A stretch of 64,000 nucleotides of DNA, from positions 1,965 through 65,964 of the forward strand of contig BEIK01000002.1 in the NCBI GenBank assembly GCA_002923395.1, read 5' to 3'. This document shows, piece after piece, positions 20,539-28,658 of this stretch. How positions within the stretch are numbered: the first letter of the stretch is position 1; each line of letters starts with the position of its first letter. This DNA comes from a bacterium HR34 (lineage in GTDB: Bacteria > Patescibacteriota > Minisyncoccia > Minisyncoccales > HRBIN34). The notes below the pieces were generated by a model. The model was not told the origin of the DNA and did no database searches. It saw nothing but the letters and a program-made list of their open reading frames with translations. The position numbers and the translations under genes were made by a program.

Positions 20539-21954
20539 ATGGATTTAAGTTTATTATCAATTTCAGAAATACAAAAACTTTTAAAAAATAAAGAAATTTC
20601 TTGCGAAGAGATCACGAAGTTTTATTTAGAAAAAATTAAAAAAGAAGACAAAGAAATAAATTCTTTCGTGAGTGTTTTTGAAGAGGAAGCTATTAATAGA
20701 GCAAAAAATTTAGATAATATGTTGAAAAACGAAGGATTACATGGAGATTTGTTTGGCGTTCCAATAGCAGTAAAAGATAATATTTTAGTAAAAGATCTTT
20801 TGTGTACAGCAGGATCTAAAATTTTATCCAATTACATGGCAGTTTATAACGCAACTGTTGTTGAAAAACTTTTATCTCACAATGCCATTATTTTAGGGAA
20901 AACTAATTTAGATGAGTTTGCAATGGGTTCTTCTGGTGAAACATCTTTTTTTGGTAAAACTTTAAATCCTTTGGATAAAGAAAGAGTTCCTGGTGGTTCT
21001 TCTTCTGGAAGTGCAGCGGCTGTGGCAGCTGGTTTTTCTCCTGTATCTTTGGGTTCTGATACAGGGGGCTCAATAAGATTGCCGGCTGCTTTTTGTGGAG
21101 TTTATGGTTTTAAACCAACTTATGGCGCTGTTTCAAGGTATGGTTTAATTTCGATGGCTTCATCACTTGATCAAATAGGCCCCTTTGCTAAAAACATAGA
21201 CGATATAATAACCTTGTTTAATGTGATTAGAGGAAAAGATAAAAAAGACGCAACGAGTTTAGATGATAATTTATTTAAAAACAAAGAAATAGACTTAAAA
21301 GATATAAGAATTGGCTTGCCAAAAGAATATTTTGGAGAAGGTTTGGATGTTGAGATAAAAGAAAAGGTTTTATCATTTGCTAAACAACTTGAAAACCAAG
21401 GCTGTAAAATTGATGAGGTGAGTTTGCCTTATTCTAAATATGGCATTCACGTTTATTACTTGATTATGGCTTCTGAAGTTTCATCTAATTTATCAAGGTA
21501 CGATGGCATAAGGTATGGATTTTCTACAGCAGAAAAGGATAAAGAATTATTTTCTGTTTATTCTAATTCAAGAGGCGAAGGCTTTGGGATAGAAGTTAAA
21601 AGAAGAATTTTGTTAGGTACTTTTGCATTATATGCTGGTTATTACGATGCTTATTATAATAAAGCACAAAAAGTAAGGTATTTAATTAAAAAAGACTTTA
21701 ATGATGTATTTTCCAAGTACGATTTTATTTTAACTCCAACTTCGCCAACTTTACCTTTTAGGTTTGGAGAAAAATCAGATCCTTTGCAAATGTATTTATC
21801 AGATATTATGACGGTCTCTGCTAATTTAGCAGGAATACCTGCAATTTCAATTCCTTATAAAGAAAAAGAAAACGATTTTCCTGTTGGTGTTCAAATTATG
21901 GCAAACACGTTGGAAGATTATAAACTGTTAAATTTTGTAAAATTAATATCATAA
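20539..21954 (+). CDS. gatA: Asp/Glu-tRNA amidotransferase subunit A
   Basis: GGSSSGSAA, GSDTGGSIR, SSNLSRYDG and EVKRRILLGT motifs. Confidence 0.96.
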   Translation: MDLSLLSISEIQKLLKNKEISCEEITKFYLEKIKKEDKEINSFVSVFEEEAINRAKNLDNMLKNEGLHGDLFGVPIAVKDNILVKDLLCTAGSKILSNYMAVYNATVVEKLLSHNAIILGKTNLDEFAMGSSGETSFFGKTLNPLDKERVPGGSSSGSAAAVAAGFSPVSLGSDTGGSIRLPAAFCGVYGFKPTYGAVSRYGLISMASSLDQIGPFAKNIDDIITLFNVIRGKDKKDATSLDDNLFKNKEIDLKDIRIGLPKEYFGEGLDVEIKEKVLSFAKQLENQGCKIDEVSLPYSKYGIHVYYLIMASEVSSNLSRYDGIRYGFSTAEKDKELFSVYSNSRGEGFGIEVKRRILLGTFALYAGYYDAYYNKAQKVRYLIKKDFNDVFSKYDFILTPTSPTLPFRFGEKSDPLQMYLSDIMTVSANLAGIPAISIPYKEKENDFPVGVQIMANTLEDYKLLNFVKLIS

Positions 21955-21955
21955 A

Positions 21956-22588
21956 ATGTTTGAACTATTAGCGCAGGCAAACAAAACATTTGGGGACAGG
22001 ATAACAGAATGGATGTCTGATGTTTATAATTTCTTTACAGGATCAGAAGCCAATTTAAAAACAGTTGATGTTATTTCAAACACCACATTTGCTTTGGATT
22101 ATTTAGAAAATCTTTTTTCAACCATTCTTTTGCCTGTAAAATTATTTTTAATAGCCTTTTCCATATTTTTATTTATTTTTATAATTATTCTTTTAATGAA
22201 AACAAGCTTTATAAGATATAAATACTTAGAATCAATATATCACTTTGTTGTTGGGAAACCATTTGGTATTAAGAAATATACAAAAGAGTGGAAGAAAATT
22301 ATTGATTTAATTGAAACAGACGATCCGCATAATTACAGGATAGCCATAATTCAGGCAGATGATTTGTTGTCTGAGGTGCTCTCTCAATTAGGATATAAAG
22401 GCGATACAATAGAACAACAACTTGAAAAAACAGGGGAGTATTTAATTTCTAACAAAGAAGATGTTATAAAAGCGCACAAAATTAGAGAAGATCTTATTTA
22501 TGATCCTGCATTCCAAATTACAAAGGATAAGGCAAAAGAAATAATTTCAATTTATGAGACTGCCTTAAGAGATTTAGAGTATATATAA
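21956..22588 (+). CDS. Hypothetical membrane protein
   Basis: One TM helix followed by W...AII.AD..L...L...GY.G and AHK.R motifs. Confidence 0.65.
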   Translation: MFELLAQANKTFGDRITEWMSDVYNFFTGSEANLKTVDVISNTTFALDYLENLFSTILLPVKLFLIAFSIFLFIFIIILLMKTSFIRYKYLESIYHFVVGKPFGIKKYTKEWKKIIDLIETDDPHNYRIAIIQADDLLSEVLSQLGYKGDTIEQQLEKTGEYLISNKEDVIKAHKIREDLIYDPAFQITKDKAKEIISIYETALRDLEYI

Positions 22589-22937
22589 TGACATTTTACA
22601 TCAAATAAAAAACGTACTTATCCTTATTATTTCTAATTTTCTTTTTTGCACTAGTATATTTTGTGACAACGTAATTGTTTTGTTTAAAATAGAGGTTTAA
22701 GTTTTTATTTTCTCTTGTTATTTTCAGTTTTAAAATAAAGTATAACTACCACCTTCACAAACTTAGATGCCTAGGTATTAAATTTTTGTAGGTAGTCTGT
22801 CAGTAATATTAAAAAAAGCCAATTAAACCTTAAAAGAGTAACTTAAGTAAATTAACGAATTCAATTTTTAAGATCTGCAAAGAGGATATAAATAATAAGT
22901 TTATTATCAAAAAATGTGTTCATCTTATACAAGATTC

Positions 22938-22965
22938 TTGATATAGTCATATTTTTTGTTATAAT
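22938..22965 (+). promoter_or_regulatory. Promoter of the tRNA cluster
   Basis: TTGATA-N16-TATAAT with TG extension, 14 bp before tRNA-fMet. Confidence 0.65.
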
Positions 22966-22979
22966 TATAAATATAAAAC

Positions 22980-23050
22980 TGCGGGGTGGACCAGTAGTAG
23001 GTCGCCAGTCTCATAAGCTGGAGGCCCAGGTGCAATTCCTGGCCCCGCAA
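22980..23050 (+). tRNA. tRNA-Met(CAT), initiator-like but atypical
   Basis: Cloverleaf: TGCGGGG/CCCCGCA acceptor, GACC/GGTC D-stem (A11-U24), CCAGT-CTCATAA-GCTGG anticodon arm, CCAGG-TGCAATT-CCTGG T-arm. Confidence 0.9.
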
Positions 23051-23057
23051 CAAATTT

Positions 23058-23083
23058 ACCCGCCTTAAATTGTGGCGGGTTTT
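23058..23083 (+). terminator. Intrinsic terminator after tRNA-fMet
   Basis: ACCCGCC...GGCGGGT stem followed by TTT. Confidence 0.65.
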
Positions 23084-23109
23084 ATGTTATAGTATTATTG
23101 TAGTTTTAA

Positions 23110-23182
23110 GCCGGCGTAGCTCAGTGGTTAGAGCAGGGGCATCATAAGCCCAAGGTCGCGGGTTCAAATCCTGCCGCCGGCA
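23110..23182 (+). tRNA. tRNA-Met(CAT), probably elongator (Ile2 not excluded)
   Basis: GCCGGCG/CGCCGGC acceptor, GCTC/GAGC D-stem, CAT anticodon, TTCAAAT T-loop. Confidence 0.9.
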
Positions 23183-23190
23183 CTAGATTT

Positions 23191-23206
23191 GAACCCGACA
23201 GAGGGG
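23191..23206 (+). repeat. Remnant of hairpin 1 of the tRNA-linked element
   Basis: GAACCCGACAGAGGGG matches GAACCCCACAGAGGGG of the element at 15/16 positions. Confidence 0.6.
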
Positions 23207-23223
23207 ATAATAAACAAATTTTT

Positions 23224-23790
23224 ATGTTAATTTATTTCATAACTTCTAATTCTAAAAAATTTAATGAAGTTAAAGAGTTTTTTAAAGATGTAAAAAATAT
23301 TCAGATAAAGAGAATAAATTTAGATATTCCCGAGATTCAATCAGTTGAGGTTAAAGAAATTGTAAAATTCAAGATTAATTACGTTCTTAAAAATTATAAT
23401 TTTAAAAATTTTTTAGTAGAAGATACAGGTTTTTATATAAAGTGTTTAAATTATTTGCCAGGTCCTTTTATAAAATGGTTCTTACTTTCAATCCGCTCTA
23501 AGGGTTTATATGAGATTTGCAATTTTTACAGAAATTATAAAGCAGAAGTAAAAATAGCTCTCGGATTAAGATTAAAAAACAAAAGTTATATTTTCAAAGG
23601 TAGCGTTAAAGGAAGAGTTGTAAAGCCAAAGAAGCGTTTATCTAACAGTGAGATATGGTGGGATAATATTTTTATGCCGGAAGGTTTTAGTAGAACTTTT
23701 AGTGAAATGAGTTCAGAAGAAAAAAATTTAATAAGTCACAGAGGAAAGGCATTAAGAAAATTGAAAAATTTTTTAATAAAAATAAAATAA
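23224..23790 (+). CDS. Non-canonical purine NTP pyrophosphatase (HAM1/RdgB/ITPase)
   Basis: TSN.KK, PEIQ, EDTG, LPGPFIKW and SHRGKA motifs. Confidence 0.92.
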   Translation: MLIYFITSNSKKFNEVKEFFKDVKNIQIKRINLDIPEIQSVEVKEIVKFKINYVLKNYNFKNFLVEDTGFYIKCLNYLPGPFIKWFLLSIRSKGLYEICNFYRNYKAEVKIALGLRLKNKSYIFKGSVKGRVVKPKKRLSNSEIWWDNIFMPEGFSRTFSEMSSEEKNLISHRGKALRKLKNFLIKIK

Positions 23791-23800
23791 TAGAATATAT

Positions 23801-23873
23801 GGCGGCCGTAGCTTAAAGGTAAAGCATCAGGCTGTGGCCCTGAGGACTACGGGTTCGAGTCCCGTCGGCCGCC
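23801..23873 (+). tRNA. tRNA-His(GTG)
   Basis: G-1, GCGGCCG/CGGCCGC acceptor, C73, TCAGG-CTGTGGC-CCTGA anticodon arm. Confidence 0.95.
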
Positions 23874-24015
23874 CAAGGCGAAAACCCCACAGAGGGGGTC
23901 GGGGAGATTGGGTATCTCCCCGTGAAGGAAAATAGCTCCGACTTTATGTCGGAGCGCAAGAAACCATGGGTTTCTTGGGAGCGAAGCGACGGGTTCGAGT
24001 CCCGTCGGCCGCCCA
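23849..24015 (+). mobile_element. tRNA-linked hairpin element, copy at tRNA-His, bounded by a 27-bp duplication of the tRNA 3' end
   Basis: ACGGGTTCGAGTCCCGTCGGCCGCCCA at 23849-23875 and 23989-24015; core 23879-24002 matches 24349-24472 with 3 mismatches. Confidence 0.8.
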
Positions 24016-24154
24016 GCAGAAAGATTCCATATAAGGCGTTAGGGAGACCTTGATTTAGGTCTAGGAACAGGTTGAATATCTTCTTCCGTATGACAACAGG
24101 CAGATCAATCATTATATAGGTAGGTCCAGTCATATTCCAGTATACACAAAAAAT

Positions 24155-24240
24155 GGAAGGGTGCCGGAGTGGTCTAACGGAACGGCCTGGAGAGCCGTGC
24201 CTCCTTGTGGGGCTCGTGGGTTCAAATCCCACCCCTTCCG
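24155..24240 (+). tRNA. tRNA-Ser(GGA)
   Basis: GGAAGGG/CCCTTCC acceptor, ACGGC-CTGGAGA-GCCGT anticodon arm, long variable arm. Confidence 0.95.
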
Positions 24241-24247
24241 CATAATT

Positions 24248-24320
24248 GTCCCCGTAGTTCAACAGGATAGAACGAGTCCCTCCTAAGGACTAAATGGGGG
24301 TTCGAGTCCTCCCGGGGACA
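24248..24320 (+). tRNA. tRNA-Arg(CCT)
   Basis: GTCCCCG/CGGGGAC acceptor, AGTCC-CTCCTAA-GGACT anticodon arm. Confidence 0.95.
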
Positions 24321-24696
24321 CCGAGCAAAGCGAGGTGGCAACCGGAGACGAGAACCCCACAGAGGGGGTCGGGGAGATTGGGTATCTCCCCGTGAAGGAA
24401 AATAGCTCCGACATTATGTCGGAGCGCAAGAAACCGTGGGTTTCTTGGGAGCGAAGCGACGGGTTCGAGTCCTCCCGGGGACACCGAGCAAAGCGAGGTG
24501 GCAACCGGAGACGAGAACCCCACAGAGGGGGTCGGGGAGATTGGGTATCTCCCCGTGAAGGAAAATAGCTCCGACATTATGTCGGAGCGCAAGAAACCGT
24601 GGGTTTCTTGGGAGCGAAGCGACGGGTTCGAGTCCTCCCGGGGACACCGAGCAAAGCGAGGTGGCAACCGGAGACGAGAACCCCACAGAGGGGGTC
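24298..24696 (+). repeat. 163-bp tandem repeat (about 2.45 copies): tRNA-Arg 3' end + linker + hairpin element
   Basis: Units start at 24298, 24461 and 24624; the two full units are identical; the third stops after hairpin 1. Confidence 0.95.
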
Positions 24697-24815
24697 AAGA
24701 AAATTTAGATACAAGATATGAATAGCAAATTACAAGTTTAATATTGAAAAAACCAAATTTAAAAATTATTATTGAATTTATCTTATTAATTTGTTATATT
24801 TATTATGTAAAATAT

Positions 24816-24890
24816 GGACCCGTGGTGTAGCCCGGTTAACACGCCTCCCTGTCACGGAGGAGATCGAGGGTTCAAATCCCTTCGGGTCCG
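24816..24890 (+). tRNA. tRNA-Asp(GTC)
   Basis: GGACCCG/CGGGTCC acceptor, CCTCC-CTGTCAC-GGAGG anticodon arm. Confidence 0.95.
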
Positions 24891-24916
24891 CGGTAATTAA
24901 AATATAAATTAAAAAT

Positions 24917-25483
24917 ATGAGTTTTATCTTATTTATTGTCCTCATTATAATAGTTTTTTGGTTTTTCTATACATATAATAAATTTGTTGCGTTGAAAAAT
25001 AGAGTAATGGAAGCTTGGTCTGATATAGATGTGCAGTTAAAAAGAAGATACAATTTAATTCCAAATTTAGTTGAAACAGTAAAAGGTTATGCAAGTCATG
25101 AGAAATCTGTTTTTGAGAATGTTACAAAAGCAAGGACACAAGCGCTTGAAGCAGAGAAGTCAGGCGATATAAAAGGTGTTGCTGAAGCTGAAAACTTTTT
25201 AACTTCTGCTTTAAAAACATTGTTTGCAGTAGCAGAAAATTATCCTGATTTAAAGGCGTCTCAAAATTTTTTGGAATTGCAAAGAGAATTAAGAGATGCT
25301 GAGGATAAAATACAAGCAGCAAGAAGGTTTTATAACGCAACTGTTATGGAATTTAATACAAAATTAGAAAGTTTGCCAGATGGTTTAATAGGCCGCCACC
25401 TAATGAAATTAAAACCATTTGAATTCTTTGAAATAGCAGAAGAAGAAAAGGCCGTGCCGCAAGTAAATTTTGAATCTAAATAA
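24917..25483 (+). CDS. lemA: LemA family protein
   Basis: AWSDIDVQLKRR..LIPNLV, AVAENYPDLKA and RRFYN motifs. Confidence 0.95.
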   Translation: MSFILFIVLIIIVFWFFYTYNKFVALKNRVMEAWSDIDVQLKRRYNLIPNLVETVKGYASHEKSVFENVTKARTQALEAEKSGDIKGVAEAENFLTSALKTLFAVAENYPDLKASQNFLELQRELRDAEDKIQAARRFYNATVMEFNTKLESLPDGLIGRHLMKLKPFEFFEIAEEEKAVPQVNFESK

Positions 25484-25513
25484 TTTTTATAACTTTTTAT
25501 CTCCTAATTATAT

Positions 25514-26413
25514 ATGCCATCTGTTTATTCTCAAATAAGTAAAAACAGAACAAAAACAATCTTGCTCATTTTGGTTTTTATAGGCTTGATAGTTTTAATT
25601 GGCAGAATAATAGATTATTTTTTTGGTTCTGATTTTGCTTTCTGGTTTGCGCTTGCTTTTGCTACTTTTATGCCATTAATAAGTTATTGGTATTCAGATA
25701 AAATAGTTTTAGGAATAACAAGAGCAAAACCAATAGATAAATCAGACAACCCAGAACTTTACAGAATTCTTGAAAATCTTTGCATTGCAACAGGTCTTCC
25801 AATGCCAAAGTTGTATATTTTAGAAGAGTTGCAACCCAATGCTTTTGCAACCGGCCGCGATCCGAAGCATTCTGCAATTGCTGTTACAAGAGGATTGTTG
25901 GAAATTTTAGATAGGAAAGAGTTAGAAGGAGTTTTGGCACATGAGTTGTCTCACATAAAGAACAGAGACACTCTTGTGTCCACAATCGCTGCTGTGTTAG
26001 CAGGAGTTATTATAACTTTAGTTGATTTCTTTTTAAGATTTGGTTTAATATTTGGTTTTCGCGGTGAGGATAGAAGAGAAGGGAATATTTTTGGTTCAAT
26101 TATTTTACTTGCTGTTTTAATTTTGGCGCCCTTAGGAGCAACGCTTTTAAGATTAGCTGTTTCAAGGCAAAGAGAATATTTGGCAGACGCTTCGGCAGCT
26201 TTAATTACGAGATATCCACAGGGTTTGATTAATGCTTTAATTAAAATATCATCCAATCCGCACCCTTTGAAAGTTGCCAATCACAATGTTAACCATTTAT
26301 TTTTTGCAAATCCTTTAAAAGAAAATAAAACTTTTTCTTTTATAGAATCATTGTTTTCAACTCATCCGCCGGTTGAAAAAAGAATAGAGGCATTAAAAAG
26401 TTTAAACATATAA
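25514..26413 (+). CDS. htpX: M48 zinc metalloprotease HtpX
   Basis: PNAFATG, AHELSH, SRQREYLAD and STHPP motifs. Confidence 0.95.
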   Translation: MPSVYSQISKNRTKTILLILVFIGLIVLIGRIIDYFFGSDFAFWFALAFATFMPLISYWYSDKIVLGITRAKPIDKSDNPELYRILENLCIATGLPMPKLYILEELQPNAFATGRDPKHSAIAVTRGLLEILDRKELEGVLAHELSHIKNRDTLVSTIAAVLAGVIITLVDFFLRFGLIFGFRGEDRREGNIFGSIILLAVLILAPLGATLLRLAVSRQREYLADASAALITRYPQGLINALIKISSNPHPLKVANHNVNHLFFANPLKENKTFSFIESLFSTHPPVEKRIEALKSLNI

Positions 26414-26416
26414 AGA

Positions 26417-26920
26417 ATGTTTCAAGAATATATTTACACTTTTTTGATATCAATGACGCCAATTGGAGAATTAAGGGTTGGTATACCTGTTGCCATAAAT
26501 GTTTATGATTTAAACGTTTTTGAAGCTTTTATTTTTGCTGTTTTGGGAAATATTTTTGTTGCCTTTTTGCTTTTACTTTCTTTTAAAAAAATTTTTGAAT
26601 ATATCGTCGGCAAGGATAATATTTTAGCAAGAGTCATAACAAAGTGGAAAAACAGAACAGAAAATAAGTATTTAGGACCTATTCAAAGACTTGGGGATAT
26701 ATTAATAGTTTTATTTATTGCCATACCTTTCCCTTTAACAGGTGCTTGGACAGGCAGTCTAATTTCTTTTTTACTTGGGATACCTCTTAAAAAAGCATTA
26801 ACTTTAATTTCAATAGGAGTTTTGATAGCAGGAGTAATTGTGACTCTTTTTACAGTAGGAATTAAAAACATAGTATGGTTTACATATTCGGCAATTGGAA
26901 GTGCAACCCTACAAATCTAA
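26417..26920 (+). CDS. Small multidrug export-like membrane protein (COG2426-like)
   Basis: SMTP.GELR.GIP and F.AIP.P.TGAWTG motifs. Confidence 0.85.
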   Translation: MFQEYIYTFLISMTPIGELRVGIPVAINVYDLNVFEAFIFAVLGNIFVAFLLLLSFKKIFEYIVGKDNILARVITKWKNRTENKYLGPIQRLGDILIVLFIAIPFPLTGAWTGSLISFLLGIPLKKALTLISIGVLIAGVIVTLFTVGIKNIVWFTYSAIGSATLQI

Positions 26921-27603
26921 AAAAAGCGAAAGAAATTTTTTATACAATAGAAAAAAATTTTAAAGGAAATAAAAAAGTACATGTTGCTGTTTTTCCTCCT
27001 TTTGTTTTTTTAAATAGTTTAAATTCTGAAAAAGTTAAAAAAGGAGCGCAGGATGTTTTTTGGGAAAAGCAGGGTGCTTTTACAGGAGAAATTTCCCCTT
27101 TAATGCTAAAAGATGCAGGTTGTAAGTATTGTTTGGTTGGACATTCTGAAAGAAGATATATAATAGGAGAAAATAACGAGATTATTGAGAAAAAGTTAAG
27201 GTCTTGTTTGGAAAATAAAATTGTGCCTATTTTATGTTTTGGAGAAAGGGAAAAGGTTAGTTTTGGAAAAGTAAAAATAGAAATAAAAGAGCAATTAAAA
27301 TTTTTAATCAATTATAAATCTTTCAAAAATGTAATTTTGGCTTATGAGCCTGTCTTTTCAATTGGAACTGGTCTTGTTTGTGATACCTCTCATATAAACG
27401 ATGTTTTGAATTTTTTGAAAAATGAGTTAAATATAAAATATAAAGTTTTATATGGTGGAAGCTTAAACAGCAAAAATTGCCAAGAAATTTTAGAAAAGTG
27501 TGATATAAACGGATTTTTAGTTGGTGGCGCTTCCTTAAAAACAAGAGAGTTTTTAAAAATTATAGAAATAGCAGAAAAATATGCCAAGTCAAAAGAAAAA
27601 TAA
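26875..27603 (+). CDS. tpiA: Triosephosphate isomerase
   Basis: GNWK, GAFTGEIS, GHSERR, AYEP, YGGS and LVGGASL motifs. Confidence 0.96.
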   Translation: MVYIFGNWKCNPTNLKKAKEIFYTIEKNFKGNKKVHVAVFPPFVFLNSLNSEKVKKGAQDVFWEKQGAFTGEISPLMLKDAGCKYCLVGHSERRYIIGENNEIIEKKLRSCLENKIVPILCFGEREKVSFGKVKIEIKEQLKFLINYKSFKNVILAYEPVFSIGTGLVCDTSHINDVLNFLKNELNIKYKVLYGGSLNSKNCQEILEKCDINGFLVGGASLKTREFLKIIEIAEKYAKSKEK

Positions 27604-28633
27604 AAGAAGGGTAGCAGTGGCTCTGTCAGGAGGAGTTGATTCTTCTGTTTCAGCTCTTTTGTTAAAGAGACAAGGTTTTGGTGTTGTTGGTTTTTACGCT
27701 AAATGTTGGTTGCCGAGCGAGAATGATAAGTGTACAAGCGATGTAGACGAGAAAAGAGCAATGATGGTTGCTAAGCAAATTGGCATACCTTTTTATTCTC
27801 TTGACTTAGTTGAAGATTATAAAGAGAGAGTTTTCAAGTACTTTGTAGAAACTTACAAAAGAGGTGAAACTCCAAATCCTGATGTTGTTTGTAACAAAGA
27901 ATTAAAATTTGGAATACTGTTTGATAAGGTAATGGGTTTAGGTTTTGATTATTTTGCAACAGGCCACTACGCTAGGAAAACAAAAGATGGAAAATTTATA
28001 AAAGCCCACAAAGACAGCAAGAAAGATCAAAGTTATTTCCTTGCTCGTCTTGATAAAGAAAAGATATCAAAAATAGTATTTCCTTTGTCTGATTTAACTA
28101 AAAAAGAAGTAAGAGAAATAGCAAAAAAAGAAGGATTGATAACATCAGAGGCTCCTGAGAGCCAGGGTATTTGTTTTATTGGCGAAGTTAATTTGAGAGA
28201 ATTTTTGTCCCGTTACATAAAGCCTCAAAAAGGGCTTGTGGTTGAATATGAAACAAACAAAGTTTTAGGAGAGCATCAGGGAGTATTTTATTATACAATA
28301 GGCCAGAGAAAAGATATAAGAATTCCAGGAGGTCCTTATTATGTTATCAAAAAAGATGTTAATACAAATACCTTATATGTAACGAAAGACAAAGATAAAC
28401 TTTTAACAAACAAAATAAAGTTTAATGATGTTTATGTTTTTTCTGAGAATGGTTTGTCAGGAAAATTGGAAGCTAAAATTCGCTCTCAGCAAGAATTTAA
28501 AAGGTGTGAAATAAAGAAAGATAAGAACGGCTTTTTTGCTATTTTTGATGAGCCACAGTGGGGCGTTGCTCCTGGCCAGGTTATTGCTTTTTACAAGCAA
28601 AAAAAGTTGATTGGTTCTGGAATAATAGAGTAG
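27581..28633 (+). CDS. mnmA: tRNA-specific 2-thiouridylase MnmA
   Basis: SGGVDSS, TPNPD..CN, ATGHYA, KDQSYF and ESQGICF motifs. Confidence 0.96.
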   Translation: MPSQKKNKRRVAVALSGGVDSSVSALLLKRQGFGVVGFYAKCWLPSENDKCTSDVDEKRAMMVAKQIGIPFYSLDLVEDYKERVFKYFVETYKRGETPNPDVVCNKELKFGILFDKVMGLGFDYFATGHYARKTKDGKFIKAHKDSKKDQSYFLARLDKEKISKIVFPLSDLTKKEVREIAKKEGLITSEAPESQGICFIGEVNLREFLSRYIKPQKGLVVEYETNKVLGEHQGVFYYTIGQRKDIRIPGGPYYVIKKDVNTNTLYVTKDKDKLLTNKIKFNDVYVFSENGLSGKLEAKIRSQQEFKRCEIKKDKNGFFAIFDEPQWGVAPGQVIAFYKQKKLIGSGIIE

Positions 28634-28658
28634 TATTTTTGTATTTTTAAATTTTAAG

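Noticed and set aside
22589..22950. Possible decayed minus-strand gene
   Set aside because: Only short frames with many stops and no recognisable motif; cannot be supported without a search.
23876..23988. Group I/II intron or permuted tRNA
   Set aside because: The upstream tRNAs are complete and uninterrupted; no intron core motifs were recognised and no 5' tRNA half follows the duplicated 3' ends.
24298..24696. Possible CRISPR array
   Set aside because: The units are identical 163-mers with no unique spacers, and there are no cas genes.
23813..24725. Several 73-149 aa ORFs on both strands
   Set aside because: They overlap tRNA genes and the GC-rich repeat and recur in shifted frames; they are by-products of the repeat.
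24786..24813. dif-like sequence ending TATTTA-TTATGTAAAAT
   Set aside because: Only the right arm resembles a Xer site; it lies in the AT-rich promoter region of tRNA-Asp, far from the skew change.
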